Counted from the stretch's first letter, positions 47,601 through 56,970 are shown. The stretch: 64,000 nt of DNA from Gemmatimonadota bacterium (GCA_039586795.1 JBDHJS010000003.1:1-64000), one strand, 5' to 3'. The notes: generated by a model not told the origin, from the letters alone. Numbers and translations are program-made.

Positions 47601-50600
47601 CTCTCGAGGGTGCAGGAGCTACGGCGAAGGTTATCGGACCGCTCAAGAAGGTCGAGGTGTTCGTCACCCTGGCCACGGAAGTGGCCGGGCAACCCGGCGA
47701 CGGCAAATGGAACGGAGCCTTGCCGTTCGCGCTGACGGCGTTGGCGGATCGGTTCGTTTCCCGAGGCGAAGGGCAGGTCGCCGTATTCGGGCTGAAAAGC
47801 AAAGGTGTAAAGGCCAGCATCACGCCGGCGATTGGGCTCACCGGCGCGGCGGCATCGGAGATCTTGCTCAAAGACGCCAAGCCGATGTGGTCGGGCGACT
47901 GGACGGAGGCTGACGAGACTGAACTGTTCGCAGCGCGCGTTCGCGATGCTGCGGCCATAGCTCTCGGCTCGGCGACGATACTCACCGAACGGGCAATCGA
48001 TCACGCGCGCAGTCGCATTCAATTCCCGGACATGTTCCAGGATCTGGATGGCCGCGACGGCGTTGGCAAGTTCGGCGCCGTGCGTGCGCACCTGAGCCAC
48101 ATCGAGGCTTCACGGCTGGCCATCGAAACGATACTCAACGACTGCGATTGGACCGCGGACTCGGATCTCGAGGCGATGGTTGGAAAGGTCGCGGTCACGG
48201 ATCTCTTCGGCCCCGACATGCCGAGCATCACCTATCGGGCGGGTCAGGTGATCGGCGGCTCCGCGTTCTCGGAGGAGGACATCTTCTCGAAGGCCTACCG
48301 CGACAGCTCGGTGTTCACTCACTACATCCGAGAGAACGCGGAGCTGAACGTGGAGATCGGTTCGAGGATATCCGCGGGCGACGGTTCGCTGCTGGCGACG
48401 ATCGCGCCTGACCTATCGGCGGCGCTGGACGTCGTGGCACGACGACCGATCTTCGACTTCGAGGTGAATCGCCTACGCGAGGCGGAGATGCAGTTGGCGG
48501 AGAACATGCGCGGCGTGCTCTCTCAAGGACAGGAACCAGCCGTCGCCGAGGTCGTGCACGACATCGCCGGCGAGCTGGTGACGCGACTGTATGTGTGGGC
48601 GCGCCTCATGGTGCGGGCCTACCGACGCCTGGAGGGCGCGCTCCCCGCCCAGCGTTACCTAGAGGCCGTCCAGCTATGGGCGGACATCATAGAAGAGCGT
48701 CTGCTGGGCCTCGAGGATGAGCTCGCGCAATCCGCCGCTCGAATCGAACTGGGCACCGACGCGCTTCAGTTGGACGCCTACCCCGACGAGCCGATCGCGA
48801 CCAGCGGACTCGACTTCGACCTGGACAAAGACGTCATCAAAGGTGAGGTGAACTACCGCTCCGGCGATTTCCTCTTGAAGCCGTTCCGCATCGATGAGAC
48901 CCGATACACGCCCGAGCTACAGTGGGTAGACGATGTCACCAGAAACCACTACGACGAGTATCTGAAGGAGATCCGGGAGCGCTTCCAGACCGGCAGGTAC
49001 AAGCCTTCCTTCGAACGGGAAACGGAGCGGCTTCACTGTATTCCTCGTGAGGATATCGACTGGACAGTGGACCGTGGCTACTTCCGCGTGGTGATCCCGG
49101 AGGAGTACGGCGGACAGGGTCGATCCAAAGCCGACTACTACAACCTGTGTCAGATCGCGAAGCGGCACGGCGACGTAAGTCTTACGCTCACAATCCAAGC
49201 CAACACTAGTATCGGGACCACACCAATGCTGCTGGGTCTGGATGAAGTGATAGCTGCCGAACGCGATCTCGCGGGCGCGGTCGCGAGGGCAGCCGATGTC
49301 GAGGCCGCGAAGTCAGAGATCGAAAAGCTGATCGAGATGATGTCGATGCCAGATGTCGATGCGCTGGCGAAGAAGTACATGGAGATTGACAAGAGCGTCC
49401 GCAGCTCGATCGGCAAGAGCAGGATTCTGAAAAAGGTGGTATTCGGAAAGTTCCAGTCGGCCTGGGGCAAAGCTGGGGCGGCCGGAATGAAGAAGGATCT
49501 TGTCGGTTTTCGGAAGGGCCTCGAGAAGGCGGTGGTCGCGCTGGGTGGTTGGCAGGAGCGAGTCGCAGCCGAACTCGATGAGATGCCGCGGCGTCGTATG
49601 GCCCACGAATTCTTCCTGCGGCTGATCTCGTCCCGGATCACGTCGGCCTTCTCCCTCACCGAGCCGAGCGCCGGATCAGATACGGCTCGGGTCCGTACGG
49701 AGGCGCGCCTCGACTCGCGGAGCGTGCTGACGGATGACGACGGCGTGAAACACTTCTATCTGGACGAGGATGATCCGGAAAGCCGTCGCAACCTGGCGGA
49801 CATGCGACGATTCGAGTTTGACGGGCGCCGGATACTGTATCGGTACAGCGACGACGCCGATCCTGCTGAAGTCCACTCTCAGGAATACACGTACTCGGAG
49901 GACGAGGAGAAGTATCGCTACTTCATGATCGGCGACCGACGGGTCGACATCCACGACATGGCGATCGTGCGTGAGCGTGATGGTGAAGAGGTCTACGAGT
50001 TCTTCGTGCTGAACGGCGCCAAGATGTGGATCACCAACGGCCACATCGCCGGCGTCAACGCCATCTACGCCCGGACTCCAATGGGGCTCACCGGGTTCAT
50101 GGTCGATGCGCTGACGGATGGGTTCCTAGTCGGCAAGGACGAGGAGAAGACGGGACAGCGTGGTTCACCGACGAACGAGATCGGACTCACCAACGTACGC
50201 ATCCCGCGCGAGTGCATGATCGGCATCGAGGGCCGGGGTCAGGAAAACGCGCTGGAGACGCTCAACGTCGGTCGGACGGGGCTGTGTATCTCATCGACGG
50301 CCGGCATCGACCAGGCGATCGGCGACGCGACGGCCTACCTGGAAGAGACCGGGCGGAATTCGTCAGCCGGAGTGCGCTACCGGTTGGGTCTGACGATGGA
50401 GGAGATGTATGCCGTCGAATCGATCGCCTACAACCTGGTCGGGATCTACGACGACAAGACCAGCGACATGCCGCGCGTGGAGTCATCGATTGCCAAGCTC
50501 TTCGGGACGGAAGGACTCCACCGAATGCTCCACTTCCTGGAGCCGGTGTATGGCATCGATGGTCAGACACAGCGTTACCGCATCGAGAAGGACCGACGCG

Positions 50601-53083
50601 ACGCTAGGGTGATGACGATCTACGAGGGCACGAACGAGATCCAACAGTTCCTGTTGCTGAAGGATGTGATCGACATGGTCGGGCCGAGGCTGGACAAACT
50701 CGAGGAACTGGACGTCTCGGCTGAAGACTCGGTGTTCAAAGCCGAGGTCGATGCCCTGCGCGAGATGCACGCTGCGGTCAGGGAACGGGTGAAAGAAACA
50801 CGTGCGACCTATAAGAGCGCCGCCTGGCAGCGCGCGTTGCTGCAGCCTGTGTTCTTCCGTCTGGCGCGAATGGTCGCGCTGCTGAAGACAGTGGACAGCG
50901 TTCTGCACCGCGCCGACTGGGTGGCGCGCAACCTCACGGCGGACGCGGACGCGTTCCGTCGGAGTTGGAGCGACAAGGCAGCGCGCGGCTTTGTCGCGAG
51001 AGCGCGCCGCGAGTTCATGCGGTTGGCGACGGGCTTTGATCGCGATTTCGAGACCTTGAAGGCGGGCGGCCGCACCGCCGAGTTGAAGCTGGCGGAGACG
51101 CTACTCGACGAAACGGAGATCGCCGCCGCGCACGGAAAGGCGGGCACCGGCGGGATCGAGAGGTCGCCGATCGATCGAGGTTTGGAGATCGTTGTAGCGC
51201 TGGAACGAGCGCCGCATTTGGCGCCGCGACCGCGCGTCATTGACGGCGAGCTGGCCGAGCACGTGTACGGATTCACGGCGGGAGACCGTCGTGCTCTGTC
51301 GATGGCTCTGGCTTTGAAATCGGCGTCGCCGGAGCGGGTCCGTGTGACGCTAGTATGTGCCGCGCCCGTGGAAGTGGAGGACGCGCTGCGCGCCGGGCTG
51401 GCCGCAGGCGCGGACCGGGCAATTCTGATCGACACGCGCGGGGAGTTGTACGAGGAGCATTCGGTTGCCGACGCGATCACCGGTGTTCTGCGACAACGCA
51501 ACATCGATCCCGACCTGCTTCTTTCTGGCGCGTCGGAGGACGGCCCCAGCGGGGGCCGGCTCGGCCTCAGACTCGCGAGCGAATTGGACATCGAATGGGC
51601 CCCGAACGTGACCGAGCTGTGGGTGGACGGGAGCACGGCGGTAGTGACCAGCGAACGGTTTCCCGACAGCCTCATAAAGGCGGACCTGCCTGTTGCCGCA
51701 TCGGTCGCGGGATCGGAAGGCGAGCCCGCTCCGGAGTTCACGGCCGCCGGTTTTGCGGAGGCGCTACGCAAAGACGTGGATGCCGTCCCGTTCCCAGACG
51801 ACGCGGAACGCGCCGACGAGGAGCTAGCAACGACATCAGCACAGGCGACAACTGAGTCGCATGACGATGCCGGTCGCATCGATCCAGAGCGCGCCGCCGA
51901 GCTACTGGTTGAAGTCGGCGACCTGGGAGACGGCTCCGCCGTGCCGACGGGCGAACCACATGCGGGAGCCATCGAGTCGGTCAGCGTCGACTCGTTGGAT
52001 TGGCGCGGGGTGGTCTTCATCGCCGAGATCGAAGACGACAACCTGGTTAGAGACGCCAGAGCGCCGCTCGAGGCAGCGAGCGGCCTGGCAGAACGATCCT
52101 CTCTTCCACTATCGGGTTTGGTATTGAGCGAGCGTCTGTCCGATGACCGCCGTCGAGCGATCGCCGGACGCCTCGCCGCGCACGCGCCGTTCGGGCAGAT
52201 CGTTTTCGCAGAGCACGATGCTCTGGGCGACGGCGCCTACCGCGCCTACGTCGAAGCATTGGAGAAGCTGGTGGGGCCGGAATCCAGAACGCGCCCGACC
52301 TATCTAGTATCATCGCCGTGGCTGGCCGACGCGATGCCACCGCTGGCGGAGGTGCTTCGTCGATCCGACGTCGACGCGGACGAACTGGCCGGTGTTTCGC
52401 GGGTGGAGTTCCGCGACGGCGATGGTGTCGCGTTCGTCCAACCCGCGTACGAGCGTAAGTTGAGAGCACGACGTCACCTTCCTTACGCCGCTGACGCGAT
52501 GCGGATCCTATGGTTCGAACCCGAAGTTACGTCGGAGCCAGGGGAAGCGACCTCATCGGATCCGACGGTAGTAGTGGTCGGCCTCGATCTGGACTACGAT
52601 CCGCAAACAGATGCCCTGACCGAAGCGCTGCTCGAGGCAAAGAAGGCCCTTGGTGTGGTGACGTTGGAGAACGCCGAGTTCGTCATCGACGTGGGTGCCG
52701 GCCTGGGCTCCGTCGACAATCTGGACACGGTTGTGGAGCCATTGCGCCAAGCGCTGCTCGAGCTCGGGGCGCCGCACGTACTCATCGGCGCAACCCGCAA
52801 GGTGACGATAGATATGAGCTGGCTGCCGGAAGAGCTTCAGGTCGGGCAGACCGGCGTTCGAGTGAATCCGCGTATCATGATCGCGCTGGGCGTTTCAGGC
52901 GCGCCTCAGCACATCGACTGGGTGGGCGATCGCGCGGTGATCTTCGCGTTCAACATGGATGCGCAGGCGCCGCTGATGACGCTCAACCAGAGACGTGAAC
53001 AGCCGAAGGTCTACCCGATCGTCGGCAACCTGCTCGAGACCGTCCCCCGCTTCATCAAGGCTCTGAAGCACGGACGCGATTGA
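44630..53083 (+). CDS. Giant fusion: FixC/ETF-QO FAD domain + 4Fe-4S + two acyl-CoA dehydrogenase domains + ETF-beta + ETF-alpha
   Basis: In order: GGGPAG; CPASVY..NCVKCETC; ACAD motifs RIQF/QVIGG, then FSLTEPSAGSD/LNGAKMWITNG/IYEGTNEIQ; AGADRAILID; and GATR/QVGQTG/GVSGAPQH. No internal stop over 8.4 kb. Start is 44630 (ATG) or 44600 (GTG). Confidence 0.9.
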   Translation: MSAKLWDVIIVGGGPAGITAALRLAREDLDILVVEAAVYPGAENWSGAVYFAENLADPKVLGVDGLEAAPYEGRVVKRGFFSCNGLSMAGLEYENPETFKHCYTVLRPVYDRYLAEVARREGVTFLTETTVDGLIRRNDRVVGVHTDRGPVYGQIVFLAEGDASHLVSKEGFEGDAVRAKKNGQPAFLQGVKEVIQLEPEVIEDRFGVGPGEACCYEILLRNGVVDGKPVRLNMAGLLYTNRNSVSIGLVMPLDNLAEYRGDYNALMEWYKSLPPIARLIEGGEATSFGAKIIRSGGLAEMPRLVADGVVVGGAATGIGVDFPYPNFTGPATAMGRIFADAVLKLQSEGAEPRSGQLEELYVQPLKETSYYKDVDYLRDWPGFIEHTDALFSRQIDLLNGSSYAMTRPTLRFPHSWWETVRVVSETMKGRWSKTLKDLAGGSKALRMGRLIAKHMPAALLLSVPNTLLALMPFAYGKGPGKISLSFWVDGEESRTLPWYKRWSYARYRSALMKATAIVYANDGVPIRTKLDRAIGTLLRRFSLWEIVLGVLGVAVFWLTRGLQKLSDAIRYSRKKPTIEELTATFYGSWLTRWRAMTDLARAASTGQTHDAKLGEISYGGDVGSHIKVFFPPDKPGTLEDPSRSALWSVCPASVYQINVDRTMHASVAVNFENCVKCETCWRIEPQHVDWSRFGKHRLTYEVYTDADASLRQLLSERELRDTPEIEPSFWSATLTEAWPVGHVEASDALRSDITNARRAIDRAAAKCSELSDNIWLGPRVLEPGQVSWYISALEYFAVLADEAASVALSEPIEDWLIEHELAGAHLELLQAKRDLDLVTRGIREHAGSQKFFAGEADARQAAGHHLAGMREIIDRIALACRIPDDYVDPVAELRNQEQESPARAAAREELREHLAAIFDRGAIRRLEDGGSPEGAEIEALRESTRAALGDETQGAFDSWAPLTRSDILGELSRIDPSLAILVAGHLEGLAALEGAGATAKVIGPLKKVEVFVTLATEVAGQPGDGKWNGALPFALTALADRFVSRGEGQVAVFGLKSKGVKASITPAIGLTGAAASEILLKDAKPMWSGDWTEADETELFAARVRDAAAIALGSATILTERAIDHARSRIQFPDMFQDLDGRDGVGKFGAVRAHLSHIEASRLAIETILNDCDWTADSDLEAMVGKVAVTDLFGPDMPSITYRAGQVIGGSAFSEEDIFSKAYRDSSVFTHYIRENAELNVEIGSRISAGDGSLLATIAPDLSAALDVVARRPIFDFEVNRLREAEMQLAENMRGVLSQGQEPAVAEVVHDIAGELVTRLYVWARLMVRAYRRLEGALPAQRYLEAVQLWADIIEERLLGLEDELAQSAARIELGTDALQLDAYPDEPIATSGLDFDLDKDVIKGEVNYRSGDFLLKPFRIDETRYTPELQWVDDVTRNHYDEYLKEIRERFQTGRYKPSFERETERLHCIPREDIDWTVDRGYFRVVIPEEYGGQGRSKADYYNLCQIAKRHGDVSLTLTIQANTSIGTTPMLLGLDEVIAAERDLAGAVARAADVEAAKSEIEKLIEMMSMPDVDALAKKYMEIDKSVRSSIGKSRILKKVVFGKFQSAWGKAGAAGMKKDLVGFRKGLEKAVVALGGWQERVAAELDEMPRRRMAHEFFLRLISSRITSAFSLTEPSAGSDTARVRTEARLDSRSVLTDDDGVKHFYLDEDDPESRRNLADMRRFEFDGRRILYRYSDDADPAEVHSQEYTYSEDEEKYRYFMIGDRRVDIHDMAIVRERDGEEVYEFFVLNGAKMWITNGHIAGVNAIYARTPMGLTGFMVDALTDGFLVGKDEEKTGQRGSPTNEIGLTNVRIPRECMIGIEGRGQENALETLNVGRTGLCISSTAGIDQAIGDATAYLEETGRNSSAGVRYRLGLTMEEMYAVESIAYNLVGIYDDKTSDMPRVESSIAKLFGTEGLHRMLHFLEPVYGIDGQTQRYRIEKDRRDARVMTIYEGTNEIQQFLLLKDVIDMVGPRLDKLEELDVSAEDSVFKAEVDALREMHAAVRERVKETRATYKSAAWQRALLQPVFFRLARMVALLKTVDSVLHRADWVARNLTADADAFRRSWSDKAARGFVARARREFMRLATGFDRDFETLKAGGRTAELKLAETLLDETEIAAAHGKAGTGGIERSPIDRGLEIVVALERAPHLAPRPRVIDGELAEHVYGFTAGDRRALSMALALKSASPERVRVTLVCAAPVEVEDALRAGLAAGADRAILIDTRGELYEEHSVADAITGVLRQRNIDPDLLLSGASEDGPSGGRLGLRLASELDIEWAPNVTELWVDGSTAVVTSERFPDSLIKADLPVAASVAGSEGEPAPEFTAAGFAEALRKDVDAVPFPDDAERADEELATTSAQATTESHDDAGRIDPERAAELLVEVGDLGDGSAVPTGEPHAGAIESVSVDSLDWRGVVFIAEIEDDNLVRDARAPLEAASGLAERSSLPLSGLVLSERLSDDRRRAIAGRLAAHAPFGQIVFAEHDALGDGAYRAYVEALEKLVGPESRTRPTYLVSSPWLADAMPPLAEVLRRSDVDADELAGVSRVEFRDGDGVAFVQPAYERKLRARRHLPYAADAMRILWFEPEVTSEPGEATSSDPTVVVVGLDLDYDPQTDALTEALLEAKKALGVVTLENAEFVIDVGAGLGSVDNLDTVVEPLRQALLELGAPHVLIGATRKVTIDMSWLPEELQVGQTGVRVNPRIMIALGVSGAPQHIDWVGDRAVIFAFNMDAQAPLMTLNQRREQPKVYPIVGNLLETVPRFIKALKHGRD

Positions 53084-54605
53084 GCGGGAGGACGCCAAAG
53101 CGCCGGGCGAGAAGCCAGAGCAGCGATCCAGCTCCGATGACGACGAACAGGCAACGGAGCATCGTCCACGTTATGTCCGCACCCAGCCCAACCTCCGACT
53201 CCGGAACGAACCGCAGAACAAGGGCGACGGCGAGGAACACGATTGCGTAGGGCGCTAGGATAGATGCGATGAACGAGGCCGCCCTCACACCCGGCATCTC
53301 CAGTGCCCTGATCGCGGCGACCATGGTCAACGCGGAGTACGCCAGATAACCTGCTGCGGCGCCCCACGCTACACCGACGAGCCCGTACCCACCGAGAATC
53401 ATGCCGGTCACGGCTCCGCCGGCTATTACGATCGCCGCGACCGTGAGGGCGACCAACTGTTTCTGCCTGTTGAGCGATACGAGAACAACTTGCGGCATGC
53501 GCGTCAGCACCATGAAGAAGATCGCCGCAATGAGGACCTTCCCGGGAGTAATCGTCGGCGTGTACCTGGGCAGCAGCCAAACGATCGGCAGGTGAAAGGA
53601 CAGGAAGAGGAGACCCAGCACCGGGCTGGCGAAATAGCTGAGAACCAGGCTGGGTCTCGTCAGGAAATCTTGAAGCTCACCGACCTCTTTCACTCTGGCG
53701 CTCTTCTCCATGAGGCGAGGATACAGCACGACCGAAACTGCCTCGGGCACCAGCATAACGGAAACGACGAGATACGAACCCAGAGCATAGATTCCCATGC
53801 TCTCACGTGACATGAATATCCAGACGGCGATCTTGTCTACGTTCCATAATGTGATCAGCAGAGCGCCTGCAATCATGATCGGGAAGCCGATTCGCAGCAG
53901 TTCCCTCAGGGCGTCAAGATTCCACCGTGGACGAACGAACGGCGTGCTTCCTCCGCCCGCCCATAACAAAGCAGCGGCATATGAAAAGATCACGGCGACC
54001 AGAAAACCAGGCAGTCCGTAGCGCAGCGCTGCGAGTACCCCACCGACGCTAGACAGAAGCGCGAAGCCGACCATGATTCGCCCAGCCTGACCGAACCGCT
54101 TCCTGGCTCGCAACTTGACGTGCGCGAACCAATACAGTTGAGCCAGCGCGTGTAAAACGGCGAGCATCAGCCATGCAACGCGCAACTCCGTCGACCAACC
54201 CCGCAAGAAGGTTAGCACGAATGCGGCGATCACAATCGCAAAGACCGCCGCACTGAGCATCGAGAACCCGAACACCGTGCTCTCGATCCCGCTCGCCCGC
54301 TCCTCGTTTCCAGCGCCCGCCGCATGAGCCACTTCACGAAGCAGCGCTTCGTTAACGCCTAGTTGTCCGTATTGGAGGAACTGGAGCGCGATCTTTATCT
54401 GTGACCAGACACCGAACAGCGCCGGCCCCAGGACCCGCGCGAGCAGCAACCCGCGCAGCAGGAAGAGGAACTCAGAGAGGTAACGCGCGATGGAATAGTC
54501 CGAGAAGTGCGCCCAGACAGACCGTTCGCTATCCGCGAGGTCCAATACCGCGGGCGCGGTGCGGCCGCCCGTTTCATCGTTAGCAGCAGGGGGCAATTCG
54601 GACAT
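53055..54605 (-). CDS. Oligosaccharide flippase (Wzx/MATE-like)
   Basis: LLARVLGPALFG, ELLRIGFP, NVDK....MGIY, VLYPRL and many TM segments. Confidence 0.82.
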   Translation of the reverse strand: MSELPPAANDETGGRTAPAVLDLADSERSVWAHFSDYSIARYLSEFLFLLRGLLLARVLGPALFGVWSQIKIALQFLQYGQLGVNEALLREVAHAAGAGNEERASGIESTVFGFSMLSAAVFAIVIAAFVLTFLRGWSTELRVAWLMLAVLHALAQLYWFAHVKLRARKRFGQAGRIMVGFALLSSVGGVLAALRYGLPGFLVAVIFSYAAALLWAGGGSTPFVRPRWNLDALRELLRIGFPIMIAGALLITLWNVDKIAVWIFMSRESMGIYALGSYLVVSVMLVPEAVSVVLYPRLMEKSARVKEVGELQDFLTRPSLVLSYFASPVLGLLFLSFHLPIVWLLPRYTPTITPGKVLIAAIFFMVLTRMPQVVLVSLNRQKQLVALTVAAIVIAGGAVTGMILGGYGLVGVAWGAAAGYLAYSALTMVAAIRALEMPGVRAASFIASILAPYAIVFLAVALVLRFVPESEVGLGADITWTMLRCLFVVIGAGSLLWLLARRFGVLPLNRVRASEP

Positions 54606-54731
54606 CGCATGGTTTGTTGGTGACCGAAGCGCTCGCTCACTGTTAGGGTCAACGGTACACTGGCCGACAGGCGTCGGGATGGCAAGCGCGAGGCCAGCGA
54701 CAGCTCAGTGTCGCTGGCGCAGTCCCTGGTC

Positions 54732-55961
54732 TCAGGAGGGATCGTGAATGACGCCGATGAAGAGGATGGTGCCGGAGAAGCGTTCACGGATCGCGAAGAG
54801 AAACGGCCTATCGACACGCACAGCCATCGGCGCGCTGGTAACACCCACCTCGACAGAGGTGACAGCGGCCGCCTCGGTGCCCTCTTCGTTGACATCGACA
54901 AAGGTCTTGTGTTTGACTTTGCTGATGAAGAGCTGAGCCTGGTCGTTGATCCTGGAGAAATCGGCGTTCAGTTCGTCGAAGGCGATCTCCATGCCGAGGG
55001 CCTTCAGCGCTTCGTTCAACTCGATCTCGTACTCGAGGGTGAACTTGGGGAGGTACACCTCCATTTCAGCGGCCAGCAGCCCGTCGATCCAACCCTGCCA
55101 TGTGGCCGCGTCAATCGAAGCGACCAGCGAATCGATGTCACGACCACGGTCCGGCAGAACGATCGTCATGCTATACGCCTTACCGCCATACGGAAGGTCG
55201 GCTACAAGAACGCCTTCATCGTAGTAGGATCGCAATTCCGCTTCGCCGCCGTGGGTCATCATCGGCACCTGGACCGTACCGCCGTCGGCCAGGGTGAAGA
55301 CGCCAGGCGCGGTCCGATCCGGATCGAATTGGGTGGTCCAGTTCCCCTTGAAGTAGATGGCATTGATGAGGAACATGATGATCTCGGGCGCGATCGCATC
55401 GACAATCTCACTGATCCGACCGTTGGTTTTATCGTCTACCCAGCTGTTGATGATCCCCGGTGCGCCAGGGTCGTCGAAGTCGAGCGTCGCCACCTCGGCG
55501 TCGAAGTGCTCGATGTTTACATCGATGAAATCCTGTTCGACGGGAAAGTTCTCACGAATCCAGATCGAGTTGGCCAGAGTGAACTGCACGGAAGAGTCGA
55601 GGTTAGCAAGAAGATCGATCAGGCTGCGATAGGAGTCGTTTACGTCATCGATCGATAGCCCCTGTAGCTCGAGCGTCTCTTGCATAGCCTCGAGCGTTGT
55701 GCCATCGGCGCCGTTGTATACCATGCCGAGCGCCATGGCGACGCTGAGCGGTGATAGAAAGATGTTGGCACCAACTTCCTCGCCCTGATGAACTTCGCGG
55801 AAGAGCTTGAGGCCGAAGCTGTTGTCCGACTCGATGAGCTGCTCTTCACCCGCTTCGAGGTCGCGAGGAAGCCCTTCGATCTGCGGATTCTGGATATCTT
55901 CGTCGCATCCCAGCGCGACCAGCACCCAAAGACCCGCTACGATAGCTGTGAGTCGTCTCAT
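54732..55961 (-). CDS. Serpin family lipoprotein
   Basis: Lipobox ALGC, NIFLSPLS, NAIYFKGNW, LPKF, VNEEGTEAAA hinge and DRPFLFAI. Confidence 0.95.
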   Translation of the reverse strand: MRRLTAIVAGLWVLVALGCDEDIQNPQIEGLPRDLEAGEEQLIESDNSFGLKLFREVHQGEEVGANIFLSPLSVAMALGMVYNGADGTTLEAMQETLELQGLSIDDVNDSYRSLIDLLANLDSSVQFTLANSIWIRENFPVEQDFIDVNIEHFDAEVATLDFDDPGAPGIINSWVDDKTNGRISEIVDAIAPEIIMFLINAIYFKGNWTTQFDPDRTAPGVFTLADGGTVQVPMMTHGGEAELRSYYDEGVLVADLPYGGKAYSMTIVLPDRGRDIDSLVASIDAATWQGWIDGLLAAEMEVYLPKFTLEYEIELNEALKALGMEIAFDELNADFSRINDQAQLFISKVKHKTFVDVNEEGTEAAAVTSVEVGVTSAPMAVRVDRPFLFAIRERFSGTILFIGVIHDPS

Positions 55962-56203
55962 CGCTCAGCTCCCAACTTGACTGGCTCTCTAACCGGCAAA
56001 CGGCACACGGCAGCCGGTACGACGTCTAACCCCATTTAGAACGTCAACCGTATGCCGCATACCGCTTACCGAAATATTCCACCTGCCTCGTTTCCTCTGT
56101 CCGGGCCTAATTTAGATGTCGCCAACCCGCCGAAAGTTAAATGGGCCGCCGTGGCGGAACCCTGGAAGGCCGCCAGCGGTTCTAGCCAGCGAGGAGGCCG
56201 TAA

Positions 56204-56734
56204 ATGCAGCGAAAGACCACAAGGATCCTGATCATCGCGGCGCTGGTCATGCTGGCCGCCTGGCGGCTACCACGCAGCCCCGAGCCGCCGCCGGCACCGG
56301 AGACCCGCCCGGAGTTCCCGAGCTTCAGTCTCGAGACGTTCGACGGCGCGCTGGTGACACAGGAGGAGCTGGCGGGCAAGGTTACGCTCGTGACGTTCTG
56401 GGCGAGCTGGTGCCCCGCCTGCCGGGCCGAACTGCCGCTGCTCGACAGCCTGAACAACGCCGTCGACCATCCGGACTTTGTGGTTATCGGTATCAACGAG
56501 GATCGGCATGAAGCCCCGGCACGCTTCCTTGCGGAGCAGTTAGGGCTGGAGATGAAGCAGCTACTTGGCCGCGGATACCAACAGGCGCGCTACGGCTACT
56601 GGGGACTGCCGTATACGGTTCTGCTGGATCGTGAGCGTCGGATTGTGGGCACCTGGTACGGTTACCCGGGACGGCGCGGCTTTGACGAGAAGATCGCCGG
56701 TCTGGTCCAAACAGTATTGGATGAAGAAGGTTAG
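56204..56734 (+). CDS. TlpA/ResA-family thiol-disulfide reductase
   Basis: N-terminal TM, FWASWCPACRAELP and GLPYT. Confidence 0.88.
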   Translation: MQRKTTRILIIAALVMLAAWRLPRSPEPPPAPETRPEFPSFSLETFDGALVTQEELAGKVTLVTFWASWCPACRAELPLLDSLNNAVDHPDFVVIGINEDRHEAPARFLAEQLGLEMKQLLGRGYQQARYGYWGLPYTVLLDRERRIVGTWYGYPGRRGFDEKIAGLVQTVLDEEG

Positions 56735-56970
56735 GCGTTGACTTCGCCGTCCGGCGCACCCAGGCTCTTGTCTCCCAAGCGGGGACGCAGAGCCGGGTAG
56801 CCCTTCCCACCGCAGTGTACGCACGCTTCCACCAAGGACCAAAGCAGACCGTCACAAAGAGCGCACTGCGACTTTTCCCCTGCATCGGCGCGGTCATCGG
56901 TAGGCGCTCCACAGGCCTTGCAGGATGCAGCCTCAGCGCCCAGCGGCGCGCCGCAGATCGAGCAATCCAT
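56731..56970 (-). CDS. Small zinc-ribbon protein (4 CxxC)
   Basis: CSIC, CKAC, CALC and CVHC; RBS GGAG before the ATG at 56970. Confidence 0.7.
   Translation of the reverse strand: MDCSICGAPLGAEAASCKACGAPTDDRADAGEKSQCALCDGLLWSLVEACVHCGGKGYPALRPRLGDKSLGAPDGEVNA

Noticed and set aside
50809..52041. 410-aa minus-strand ORF and other long ORFs inside the giant gene
   Set aside because: Ser/Arg/Ala-rich antisense shadows with no recognisable domains.
53055..53083. Convergent 3' overlaps (also 2381-2397, 6910-6913, 28827-28830, 56731-56734)
   Set aside because: Short tail-to-tail overlaps are common in compact high-GC genomes.
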